In this document: positions 56,669 through 64,000 of the stretch, in pieces
Layout: every line of letters begins with the position of its first letter
Numbering within the stretch: the stretch's first letter is position 1
Source: Candidatus Kapaibacterium sp.
GTDB lineage: Bacteria > Bacteroidota > Ignavibacteria > Kapaibacteriales > UBA2268
Direction of reading: 5' to 3'
Assembly (NCBI GenBank): GCA_026418625.1
Contig: JAOABA010000040.1
Span: 51,978 to 115,977 of the forward strand
Length of the DNA: 64,000 nucleotides
Made by a program: the position numbers and the translations under genes
Notes under the pieces: generated by a model
Databases searched by the model: none
Told to the model about the DNA's origin: nothing
The model's input: only the letters and a program-made list of their open reading frames with translations

Positions 56669-57994
56669 ATGAATTTTCAGAAATTAACTTTGAAATCGCA
56701 GGAAGCTGTTCAATTGGCTCAGGAAATAGCTTCGAATTACTCTAACCAGTCAATTGAGCCAATACACCTTTTGGCAGCCTTGATACAGGACCCAAACGGT
56801 TTAGTTCCAGATATTATACAGAAACTTGGAGCAAATATAAATTACATTAAAATCAAAGTAAACGAAAATTTAGAAACCCAGCCAAAAGTATCCAATGTAA
56901 ATATTTCAAATCAATATCTGTCTCCTGCAATGACGACAGTTTTTGATTTAGCACATAATGAAGCAAAAACATTAAGAGATGAATATGTAAGTATTGAACA
57001 TTTATTGATTGCTCTTTCGGAAAGTAAGTCTTCAGCTGGGGACATACTAAGAGCAAACAGTATCACCAAAGATGAAATTTATAAGGCTTTAAGGACTATC
57101 AGAGGAACTTCAAGGGTTACCGATCAAAACCCCGAAGATAAATATCAAGCCTTGAAAAAATACGGTAGGCTCCTCAATGATGAAGCAAGAGAAGGAAAAC
57201 TCGACCCCGTCATCGGAAGAGAAGAAGAGATAAGAAGAGTTTTGCAGGTGCTTTCGAGAAGGACCAAAAATAACCCTGTTTTAATAGGTGAACCGGGTGT
57301 TGGTAAGACAGCAATTGTAGAGGGCATTGCCCATCGAATTGTATCTGGCGATGTCCCAGAAACTTTGAAATCTAAATCTGTTGTTATGCTCGATATGGCA
57401 TCCTTGATTGCTGGGACAAGTTTCAGAGGGCAATTTGAAGAAAGATTGAAGTCAGTCATTAGAGAAGTAACTGAATCGAATGGACAAATAATCCTATTTA
57501 TTGATGAAATTCATACTTTAATTGGAGCTGGCTCTGCTCAGGGCAGTATGGATGCTTCGAATATATTAAAACCTGCCTTGGCAAGAGGAGATTTAAGATG
57601 TATTGGAGCCACAACACTTGATGAATATCAGAAATATATTGAGCGTGACCCCGCACTTGAAAGAAGATTTCAAAAAGTTATGATAGACGAGCCTGATGTT
57701 GATGACACGATTTCAATCCTTAGAGGCTTAAAAGAAAGGTATGAAGTCCATCACGGAGTAAAAATAACAGACGCAGCTATAGTAGCAGCTGCAGAATTAT
57801 CTCATCGTTATATTACTGATAGATTTTTGCCCGATAAAGCCATTGACCTGATTGACGAAGCAGCAAGTAAGCTCAGGTTAGAAATTGATTCTATGCCCGA
57901 AGAGCTTGATTCAATTCAAAGAAAAATCCGTCAGCTCGAAATCGAACGTCAGGCTTTATTGAGAGAACTCGAAATTGAAAAAGAAAATGACTGA
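56669..57994 (+). CDS. clpB: ClpB-like AAA+ chaperone truncated after NBD1 and the start of the M-domain (441 aa; possible pseudogene)
   Basis: Clp N-domain, then Walker [14 protein letters not shown], Walker [10 protein letters not shown] and ..[23 protein letters not shown].. The M-domain coiled coil begins ..[19 protein letters not shown] and then stops. No NBD2 is found anywhere downstream. Confidence 0.75.
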   Translation: MNFQKLTLKSQEAVQLAQEIASNYSNQSIEPIHLLAALIQDPNGLVPDIIQKLGANINYIKIKVNENLETQPKVSNVNISNQYLSPAMTTVFDLAHNEAKTLRDEYVSIEHLLIALSESKSSAGDILRANSITKDEIYKALRTIRGTSRVTDQNPEDKYQALKKYGRLLNDEAREGKLDPVIGREEEIRRVLQVLSRRTKNNPVLIGEPGVGKTAIVEGIAHRIVSGDVPETLKSKSVVMLDMASLIAGTSFRGQFEERLKSVIREVTESNGQIILFIDEIHTLIGAGSAQGSMDASNILKPALARGDLRCIGATTLDEYQKYIERDPALERRFQKVMIDEPDVDDTISILRGLKERYEVHHGVKITDAAIVAAAELSHRYITDRFLPDKAIDLIDEAASKLRLEIDSMPEELDSIQRKIRQLEIERQALLRELEIEKEND

Positions 57995-58066
57995 AATGAG
58001 ATATTAATTATTCGTAATTTTGTTCCGATTTCTTTCATATAAATATTTAATTTTCTAAGGATTATT

Positions 58067-59266
58067 ATGGGAAGTGATTTCCCTTTTATTATCATAGACG
58101 AAGATGATTCAAGGTCACTGACGCTTGAAAAAATAATTATAAGGGCATTCCCAAGTATAATAATTCAAAAATTTACTGACGGACTGGACGCAATTGAAGA
58201 ATTAAGGAAGACTGATTTTAATGGAATAGTAATTTCGCACTTTAACACTGCCTCCTTGAATGGTTTGCAAGTTTTAAAAAATATAAGACAGGAGGAGACA
58301 AGCAAAAATCTATATTTTATTCTTGTAATTCCGGAAATTGAAAAAGACCTCCCAATAAAAGCAATTCAATCAGGAGTTGATGATTTTATCAAAGAGCCTT
58401 TGTCATTGGATGATATAATAAGTAAACTCAAAATCGCTGTTAGAACTATTAATAATCAATCCAAAATTGAAGTACTTGAACTTAAAAAGGAAAGTTTGAC
58501 CAAAGAAATTGACGAAATCTATGACAAGATGCTGAACCTTGTCATAACATTTCTGCAAATGAGATATCCCCATTACGATTTGATGACCGAAAGAATAAAA
58601 TCTTCGGCTCTTTGGATTGCAAGTCATTATAATTCTGAAAAGGATTTAATTTCAAAACTCGAAAAAGCTATACCCTTGGTCTTCGTTGGAAAATTATTTT
58701 TAAGAGATAATCAAATTGCGGCAAAAGTTACAATTGACGGAATGCCTAAGAATGATGATATGCTGAAAATCCCCGAATATACAAGATCTATGCTTGGGAA
58801 TCTTAGAAATTATGAAGATGTTATTGATATCATAGTTCATATTTATGAAAATTATGATGGAAGCGGTTTTCCAGATAAACTAATGTCAAGAATGATTCCC
58901 CTTGCTTCGAGAATTTTACGTGTTGTTATTGATTTCGAAGAGTATGTTAACGAAAGAAAGTATGACAAAACAAAAATAGTCGAGATGATGGGCTACGAAG
59001 CCCGTAGGTTATATGATCATAGAATTATAGCCCTTATGGATCAATATTTAGCTGAAACTTCCTCAAGAGGCGGAGTAACTTTGGAAATAAAAGTTCAAAA
59101 AAATAATCTAACCGAAGGAATGATACTTTCGAGAAATATCATTACTGAATCTGGTTTAAAGCTTCTCTCAGCAGGAACATTATTAAATCAGGAAAGTATT
59201 GAAAAAATATTAACAATAACAAAATCGGATCAAATAGTTGGAAATATTTATGTCAGGAACAAATAA
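58067..59266 (+). CDS. Pseudo-receiver plus degenerate HD-GYP domain protein
   Basis: CheY-like fold, but the acceptor position reads ..GIVISHFNTASLNG.. with no Asp. The HD-GYP-like region is ..HIYENYDGSGFPDKLMSRMIPLASRILRVVIDFEEY.. The expected LHDIGK is replaced by LVFVGK. Confidence 0.6.
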   Translation: MGSDFPFIIIDEDDSRSLTLEKIIIRAFPSIIIQKFTDGLDAIEELRKTDFNGIVISHFNTASLNGLQVLKNIRQEETSKNLYFILVIPEIEKDLPIKAIQSGVDDFIKEPLSLDDIISKLKIAVRTINNQSKIEVLELKKESLTKEIDEIYDKMLNLVITFLQMRYPHYDLMTERIKSSALWIASHYNSEKDLISKLEKAIPLVFVGKLFLRDNQIAAKVTIDGMPKNDDMLKIPEYTRSMLGNLRNYEDVIDIIVHIYENYDGSGFPDKLMSRMIPLASRILRVVIDFEEYVNERKYDKTKIVEMMGYEARRLYDHRIIALMDQYLAETSSRGGVTLEIKVQKNNLTEGMILSRNIITESGLKLLSAGTLLNQESIEKILTITKSDQIVGNIYVRNK

Positions 59267-59472
59267 TGATTAAATTGACTAAAGTTGATGGGAGGGAAAT
59301 AGTTGTTAATGCTGAGGAAATTGAGACTGTTGAATCCTCACACGATACAACAATCACCCTTCGAAGCGGAAGAAAAATTATCGTCAAAGAAGCACCGGAA
59401 GTTATTTCTGAACTTGTTATAATCTATAAGCGAACTTGTATGCTAAAAAATATTAATGACTTTCTAAGCTGA
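59266..59472 (+). CDS. flbD: FlbD family (flagellar) small protein
   Basis: MIKLTKVDGREIVVNAEEIETVESSHDTTITLRSGRKIIVKEAPEVISELVIIYKR closely follows the FlbD family pattern (MIkLtrlnG..f.lN...Ie.ie..pDTvItL.nG.k..VkEs.eEv...i..y.r). The start overlaps the previous stop (ATGA). Confidence 0.75.
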   Translation: MIKLTKVDGREIVVNAEEIETVESSHDTTITLRSGRKIIVKEAPEVISELVIIYKRTCMLKNINDFLS

Positions 59473-59474
59473 GT

Positions 59475-61352
59475 ATGTTAAGATTGAAGCCGGTTTTTTT
59501 TTTTCTCTTTTTTGTTTACACATTAAGAGCTGTTTCTCAAGAATACAACCTTCTTGAAAATAATTTTCTTCAATTCGGCTTCGATAAAATTTATGGGACG
59601 TATATTTTTGCTGGTCTGGGTAATATAAAATTAGATAATGAATTAGGACAATTTAATCTTTTGCAAAATTATAGAAGCACAATCCTCAAGACACCTTCTC
59701 AAAGCTTCAGAGACGACCAATCACTTTCATTTTTATATAAATACAGATTGTCAAACTTGTTTTATTTTTTTTCAAACAATTCTTGGTTATTATCCTCCGA
59801 TTCGAGGTCAATTGGCTTGAATAAACTTGAAAATTTGCTTGGGACAGTCGGTTCTGGACTAAATTTTGGGAATAATTCATATTTTGAAATTAATGGCGGT
59901 TTTGAAAGGAACACTCAGCTTAATATTTCATCAGGGGGACCTTCCTTTGGTTTAAGTGGAAATTTAGAAAAAATTGAAGTCCTTGATTTGATAATGAATT
60001 CTAACCTTAAAGGTAAATATTCATCATTAAACCCTGATAGAAAAAATGCTGATTTAAATTTTATTCTTGGCTTAATGAAAGAATATGACCAAGAAAACAG
60101 AATAAATGCTTCTTTGGATTATAAAATAATGAACAGGGATTTTGTTTATTATCCTGTGAATATTACCGACAGATATTATATAGAGCAAAGAGAAGAACAA
60201 AGGATTAGTTCTGCTTTGGAAAGTGATTTTTTAATTTCTGGAAAACTATTTGGTTCGATGAGGATTAATTTGAATAGTTTGAAAGTAAGCAGAGCCTATA
60301 ACGATTCAATTTCGAATTTCTCTTTGTCATATTTTTATAGAAATTTAAATGAATTAATACTAACATTTAATCCGGAAATTAAATTCGCCTCTGAAAGATA
60401 TATTCATCGAGCTGGATTTAAATACGATTTGAGAAATGAAGACAATTTCATCTCGAAGAAATTCAATATCAGTGAGGCAATTGAAGACGAGCTTCAAAAT
60501 AATGAAAGCCAGAGGGATAACAATTCTACCAAGTCAGGTCTTTATTCTTTTTTTACTTTTCTTGTTTCAAGCTATGATACTCTTTCGTTCAATGTAAATA
60601 CCAGCTTGCTTCAATTTGATACCCCAAGCACAACAAATTATGATGACCGTGATGAGTTCAATGCAATATTCGATTTGAAATACTCAAAAAGATTTTCAGA
60701 AGTTCTGACTGCTTCGGCAACTTTAAATCTGCAATTAAACCATCTTGTTTATATAAAAGCTCAACGGAGTGCTTTAAATAATTGGAACCGTGTAATTAAG
60801 TTTAATCCTGAAATAAATTATCGAAGTTCTTTTTTATCGGCTAATCCTTCGTTCGAGATTTTAGCAAATTACACTGTATATGATTTTGAAGATATAGCTC
60901 CGGGAATAAAAAGTTATAGTTTCAGGCAGATTGCTTATAAAGATTCACTTTTAATTCCCTTATTTAAAAATATCAGATTAAATTCAAGAATTAATATCCG
61001 TTATTTTGAGCGTGGGATACTTTTCTGGAAAAAATTTGCCGAATCACCACAAAGTAATAATCTTGAGCAATATTACAGGCTTATGATATTCTATAATCCA
61101 AGCATCGGTAATATTATTGGATGTGGATTAAGTTTTTTCAATTTAAAGACTGGTGTTTTGAAGTCTGACTCTAAAGCTTTCTCTGATGATTACAACCAAC
61201 AATCAATATCATTAGAAAGTGAAATTGGAATGAATTTCATTTCTGGATCATTTATTTCGTTCAGGGGTTGGCTTGAATTTCAAGAAATTAATTATAAGAT
61301 TAAGAAAGTTTTTCCAAATTTTTTTATATTGGTAAAATACTTTTTTGGATAA
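59475..61352 (+). CDS. Hypothetical outer-membrane beta-barrel-like protein
   Basis: Signal peptide MLRLKPVFFFLFFVYTLRAVSQ. 625 aa of alternating-pattern beta-strand-like sequence with an aromatic C-terminus. No family recognised. Confidence 0.4.
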   Translation: MLRLKPVFFFLFFVYTLRAVSQEYNLLENNFLQFGFDKIYGTYIFAGLGNIKLDNELGQFNLLQNYRSTILKTPSQSFRDDQSLSFLYKYRLSNLFYFFSNNSWLLSSDSRSIGLNKLENLLGTVGSGLNFGNNSYFEINGGFERNTQLNISSGGPSFGLSGNLEKIEVLDLIMNSNLKGKYSSLNPDRKNADLNFILGLMKEYDQENRINASLDYKIMNRDFVYYPVNITDRYYIEQREEQRISSALESDFLISGKLFGSMRINLNSLKVSRAYNDSISNFSLSYFYRNLNELILTFNPEIKFASERYIHRAGFKYDLRNEDNFISKKFNISEAIEDELQNNESQRDNNSTKSGLYSFFTFLVSSYDTLSFNVNTSLLQFDTPSTTNYDDRDEFNAIFDLKYSKRFSEVLTASATLNLQLNHLVYIKAQRSALNNWNRVIKFNPEINYRSSFLSANPSFEILANYTVYDFEDIAPGIKSYSFRQIAYKDSLLIPLFKNIRLNSRINIRYFERGILFWKKFAESPQSNNLEQYYRLMIFYNPSIGNIIGCGLSFFNLKTGVLKSDSKAFSDDYNQQSISLESEIGMNFISGSFISFRGWLEFQEINYKIKKVFPNFFILVKYFFG

Positions 61353-61388
61353 CTTTATTAATGTTAATATTTTGATAATTTTATTTAA

Positions 61389-61808
61389 ATGAATAAAGAA
61401 ATATATAATTATGAGAATGATTTTCCGAGCGAATTAATAACGCTTAATTTGATTGAACCTGTTATTAATGATGTAAGAAAACATACAAATATTTCTGAAG
61501 ATGTTTATCACAATATAATGATATCTGTAACAGAGGCAATTAATAACGCTGTTATTCACGGGAATAAATTTGATAAGTCAAAAAAAGTTCATATCAGTAT
61601 CAAAGTAAATTCTAAATTTATTTATATCAATGTGTCAGATCAAGGAAAAGGATTTGACCCATCATCAATTCCTGATCCAACTCAAGGTGATAATATCTAC
61701 AAAGAAAGCGGACGGGGTGTTTTTTTAATGAATGAACTTAGTGAGTCAACTGAGTTCGTAATAACAAATAAGGGAACTACAGTAAAATTAAAATTCCCTT
61801 GTAAGTAA
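61389..61808 (+). CDS. RsbW/SpoIIAB-like anti-sigma factor serine kinase (HATPase_c_2)
   Basis: 139 aa. N-box ..EAINNAVIHGN.., G1 ..DQGKGFD.., G2-like ..SGRGVFLM.. Confidence 0.7.
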   Translation: MNKEIYNYENDFPSELITLNLIEPVINDVRKHTNISEDVYHNIMISVTEAINNAVIHGNKFDKSKKVHISIKVNSKFIYINVSDQGKGFDPSSIPDPTQGDNIYKESGRGVFLMNELSESTEFVITNKGTTVKLKFPCK

Positions 61809-61834
61809 AATTCAAATATTTTTTTATTTTCCTT

Positions 61835-64000
61835 ATGCATAGCTTATTAGTTGACAAAGCAAAAGAAGTTTTAGAGTTACTGAATAAAAGTAGAGCTGAA
61901 AATAACAAATTCATTTTTTTTATTTCTGGTCAATTTGGCGTCGGAAAAACTGAACTAATTGAAAATTTAGCCGAGAATAACCTTTCAAATTTTTATTCTG
62001 ACATTGTTATAAAATTTAGTCATAATCAACAGTATTATTTCTTTCCCGATTTTTTAAAAAATGCTTCAATCTCTTTGATTGAGGATTACAATTCAAAAAA
62101 AATTGGTTTCGATGAATTAAATTATTTCTATGATACTTTCTACACAAATTTTACTCATTTGAAATCTCTAAATGAGGATATCTATAATAATTATATTAAT
62201 CTAAATAAACTAAAATCTATACCCGAATTTGTAATATCTGAAAAGCAAAGTGATGATTTAAAAAATCAAGTGAATGATTTTATCTGTCAGAACATCGAAA
62301 AAAAGGGGTATCAAAGAATTTTGCTTAATTATTTTGAAGTAGCTACCGAAACCCTTATTATGGATTTGCTCAGCATTTTCTTTCTTAGTTCTGATAACAG
62401 CGACCTTAAAGACATACAAATTGGAGGAGAAAAAAAGAATATTACTCTTATTTTTGATAATTATGACCGTGTTGCAGGAACTATTAATCAATGGTTATTT
62501 GAATATTTAATTGAATATTTTTTAAATAAAAAATTTTCTGATTTCATCTCTTATTCAATAAACTTTGAAAATTCTGATATCAAGGTCAGTGATTTATTTG
62601 ATATTAATATTATTATTTCGGGTAGGTATTTAAAGAAAAAATACATTGATGCTTTGAAACCAATTGTGAGAGAAAATTCAGAGCTAATTGAACTAAATAA
62701 TTTCACCGAAAGCAGTTTGAAAACCTATCTTGAAGAAGAACACAAAGAAATTTCTGATAAATCCAATGAAATTTTTGAATATTCAAGAGGTTTCCCCTCA
62801 ATTGTTTTTTTTATAACAAAACATTATTCAAGATTCAAAAAAATTCCTGATAAAAATGACATTCTGAACTTTGCAATTCATCAAATTTTTCTTTACACCC
62901 CCGAAAAATTTAGGCAATGTGTCATATCAGCTTATTTTGTTGAAAGATTTGAAAAAACTTTTTTCCGATGTTTTGACGAAACAAAGGATTGTGTTGATAT
63001 TTGTTTTGAATTTGTAAAAAATTCAACTGATTTTTTCGATACTAATAATCATATTTTAGAAACAAATCAGAGTTTATCAAATTTCATCAAAGAATACATA
63101 AGTTTTAATTTCTCTCATTCATATGAAAATTACCAAACCGTTTCAAAAATTTATTCCGAATGCTTCGACATTCTAAAACCATTTTCTTATGAAGAAATTA
63201 AAATTCTGAGAAGCTTAGCTTATTTGAAAAATATAGACTTGGAATTTACTTTAAGAGAAATTTATCAAGATGATGCTGAAAAAGTTCTCAGTTTTATCAA
63301 AAATCATAATGATTTATTCGAAAAAAATAATAACCTTTTCAACTTGAAAGAGACCATAAGAAGCAGGCTTGATGAACTGAACAAAATTATTGATGGCGAG
63401 AATTATTTACTAAAAATTGAAACCATCGAGAATAGCTTAAAGAAATTAGTTTCAAACTTGGTCGAAGAGAAACGGGAAAAGAAAATTTTGATATCCTCTT
63501 TGGAAACTGATATTAAAATTATAGAAGATTGTATATCTTCCGATAAAACAAATTTTGAAACAACTCAAAAAAGCTTCATTGAAAAAGAAAATGAGCTTAT
63601 TGAATTAAGGAAGCAATTGAATATATTCACAAATAACAGGCATTACACAAATTCTGCCTTAAACTTTTTCTTTGCATTATTTGTTGCCTTGCTGTCTTAC
63701 TTTTTCCCTGATATTTTCAGTTCTCCCGAGAACCATAGTTCGCTTTTTATGGTTCAATCCATTCTTTATTTTATTGCTATTGTTTTTGGTGTTTTAAGTA
63801 TATATAGCCTTTATCAAGGTCTCTTATTAGCTTCAAAAAATAAACAAAAATTTGAGGTTAATACTAAGCTCATTAATGCAGAACAGGAACGTGCAAATCT
63901 ACAGGAACAAATGACAAGATTAAAGGAAAATCAGGAATTAAACAAAAATTTACTGACTGAAAAAAAAGAACAATTAGAGCTTTTGAAAAAACGCTTAATA
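61835..64000 (+). CDS. STAND/AAA-like P-loop NTPase with C-terminal coiled coil and two TM segments (3' end outside the window)
   Basis: ATG at 61835, frame open to the window end. Walker A FFISGQFGVGKTEL, Walker B-like ITLIFDNYD, and a STAND-like ..ELNNFTESSLKTYLEE..IFEYSRGFPSIV.. region. Heptad-rich stretches flank ..ALNFFFALFVALLSYFF.. and ..ILYFIAIVFGVLSIYSLY.. Confidence 0.6.
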   Translation, partial: MHSLLVDKAKEVLELLNKSRAENNKFIFFISGQFGVGKTELIENLAENNLSNFYSDIVIKFSHNQQYYFFPDFLKNASISLIEDYNSKKIGFDELNYFYDTFYTNFTHLKSLNEDIYNNYINLNKLKSIPEFVISEKQSDDLKNQVNDFICQNIEKKGYQRILLNYFEVATETLIMDLLSIFFLSSDNSDLKDIQIGGEKKNITLIFDNYDRVAGTINQWLFEYLIEYFLNKKFSDFISYSINFENSDIKVSDLFDINIIISGRYLKKKYIDALKPIVRENSELIELNNFTESSLKTYLEEEHKEISDKSNEIFEYSRGFPSIVFFITKHYSRFKKIPDKNDILNFAIHQIFLYTPEKFRQCVISAYFVERFEKTFFRCFDETKDCVDICFEFVKNSTDFFDTNNHILETNQSLSNFIKEYISFNFSHSYENYQTVSKIYSECFDILKPFSYEEIKILRSLAYLKNIDLEFTLREIYQDDAEKVLSFIKNHNDLFEKNNNLFNLKETIRSRLDELNKIIDGENYLLKIETIENSLKKLVSNLVEEKREKKILISSLETDIKIIEDCISSDKTNFETTQKSFIEKENELIELRKQLNIFTNNRHYTNSALNFFFALFVALLSYFFPDIFSSPENHSSLFMVQSILYFIAIVFGVLSIYSLYQGLLLASKNKQKFEVNTKLINAEQERANLQEQMTRLKENQELNKNLLTEKKEQLELLKKRLI

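Noticed and set aside
1-64000. tRNA, rRNA, tmRNA, integrase, transposase, reverse transcriptase or cas genes
   Set aside because: The intergenic regions were scanned by eye. They are short and AT-rich or occupied by the repeats described. No cloverleaf-like or rRNA-like sequence and no such protein motifs were seen. A tRNAscan-SE/Infernal run would be the decisive check.

Overview
AT-rich bacterial chromosome segment. Core genes sampled by hand are about 40-45% GC and several blocks are about 20-30%. Six proteins end in type-A T9SS C-terminal sorting domains, and a PorX-type regulator and a flagellar FlbD homologue are present. This suggests an FCB-group organism, possibly Ignavibacteria-like (inference only). 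Housekeeping genes are recA (partial), an M50 protease, lysS, adk, an aminotransferase, an OsmC protein, an acyl-CoA dehydrogenase, topA, tsaE, a POT transporter, an SLC13 transporter and an MsbA-like ABC exporter. These are interleaved with LPS and glycan genes (GT2, GT4, GT9, gmhB, an O-antigen-ligase-like protein, two SAM methyltransferases) and many large secreted proteins. No rRNA, tRNA, CRISPR array, integrase or transposase was recognised. Five parts deserve a second look. (1) A low-GC, tightly packed five-gene block at about 58.0-64.0 kb starts where a clpB gene is cut off after NBD1. It encodes a pseudo-receiver/degenerate HD-GYP protein, an orphan FlbD, a beta-barrel-like protein, an RsbW-like kinase and a STAND-like P-loop NTPase with coiled coil and TM segments. 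(2) The repeat-rich 40.8-45.6 kb locus holds BNR-propeller T9SS cargo paralogues, two orphan copies of a gene 3' end, palindromic modules sitting in frame, and a C12 homopolymer just after an SD+ATG. (3) A roughly 135-bp MITE-like element with 17-nt terminal inverted repeats occurs three times. (4) A low-GC type II R-M pair is inserted between two glycosyltransferase genes. (5) A 2028-aa internally duplicated beta-helix/Ig adhesin. All functional calls rest on motif recognition by eye; no searches were run.
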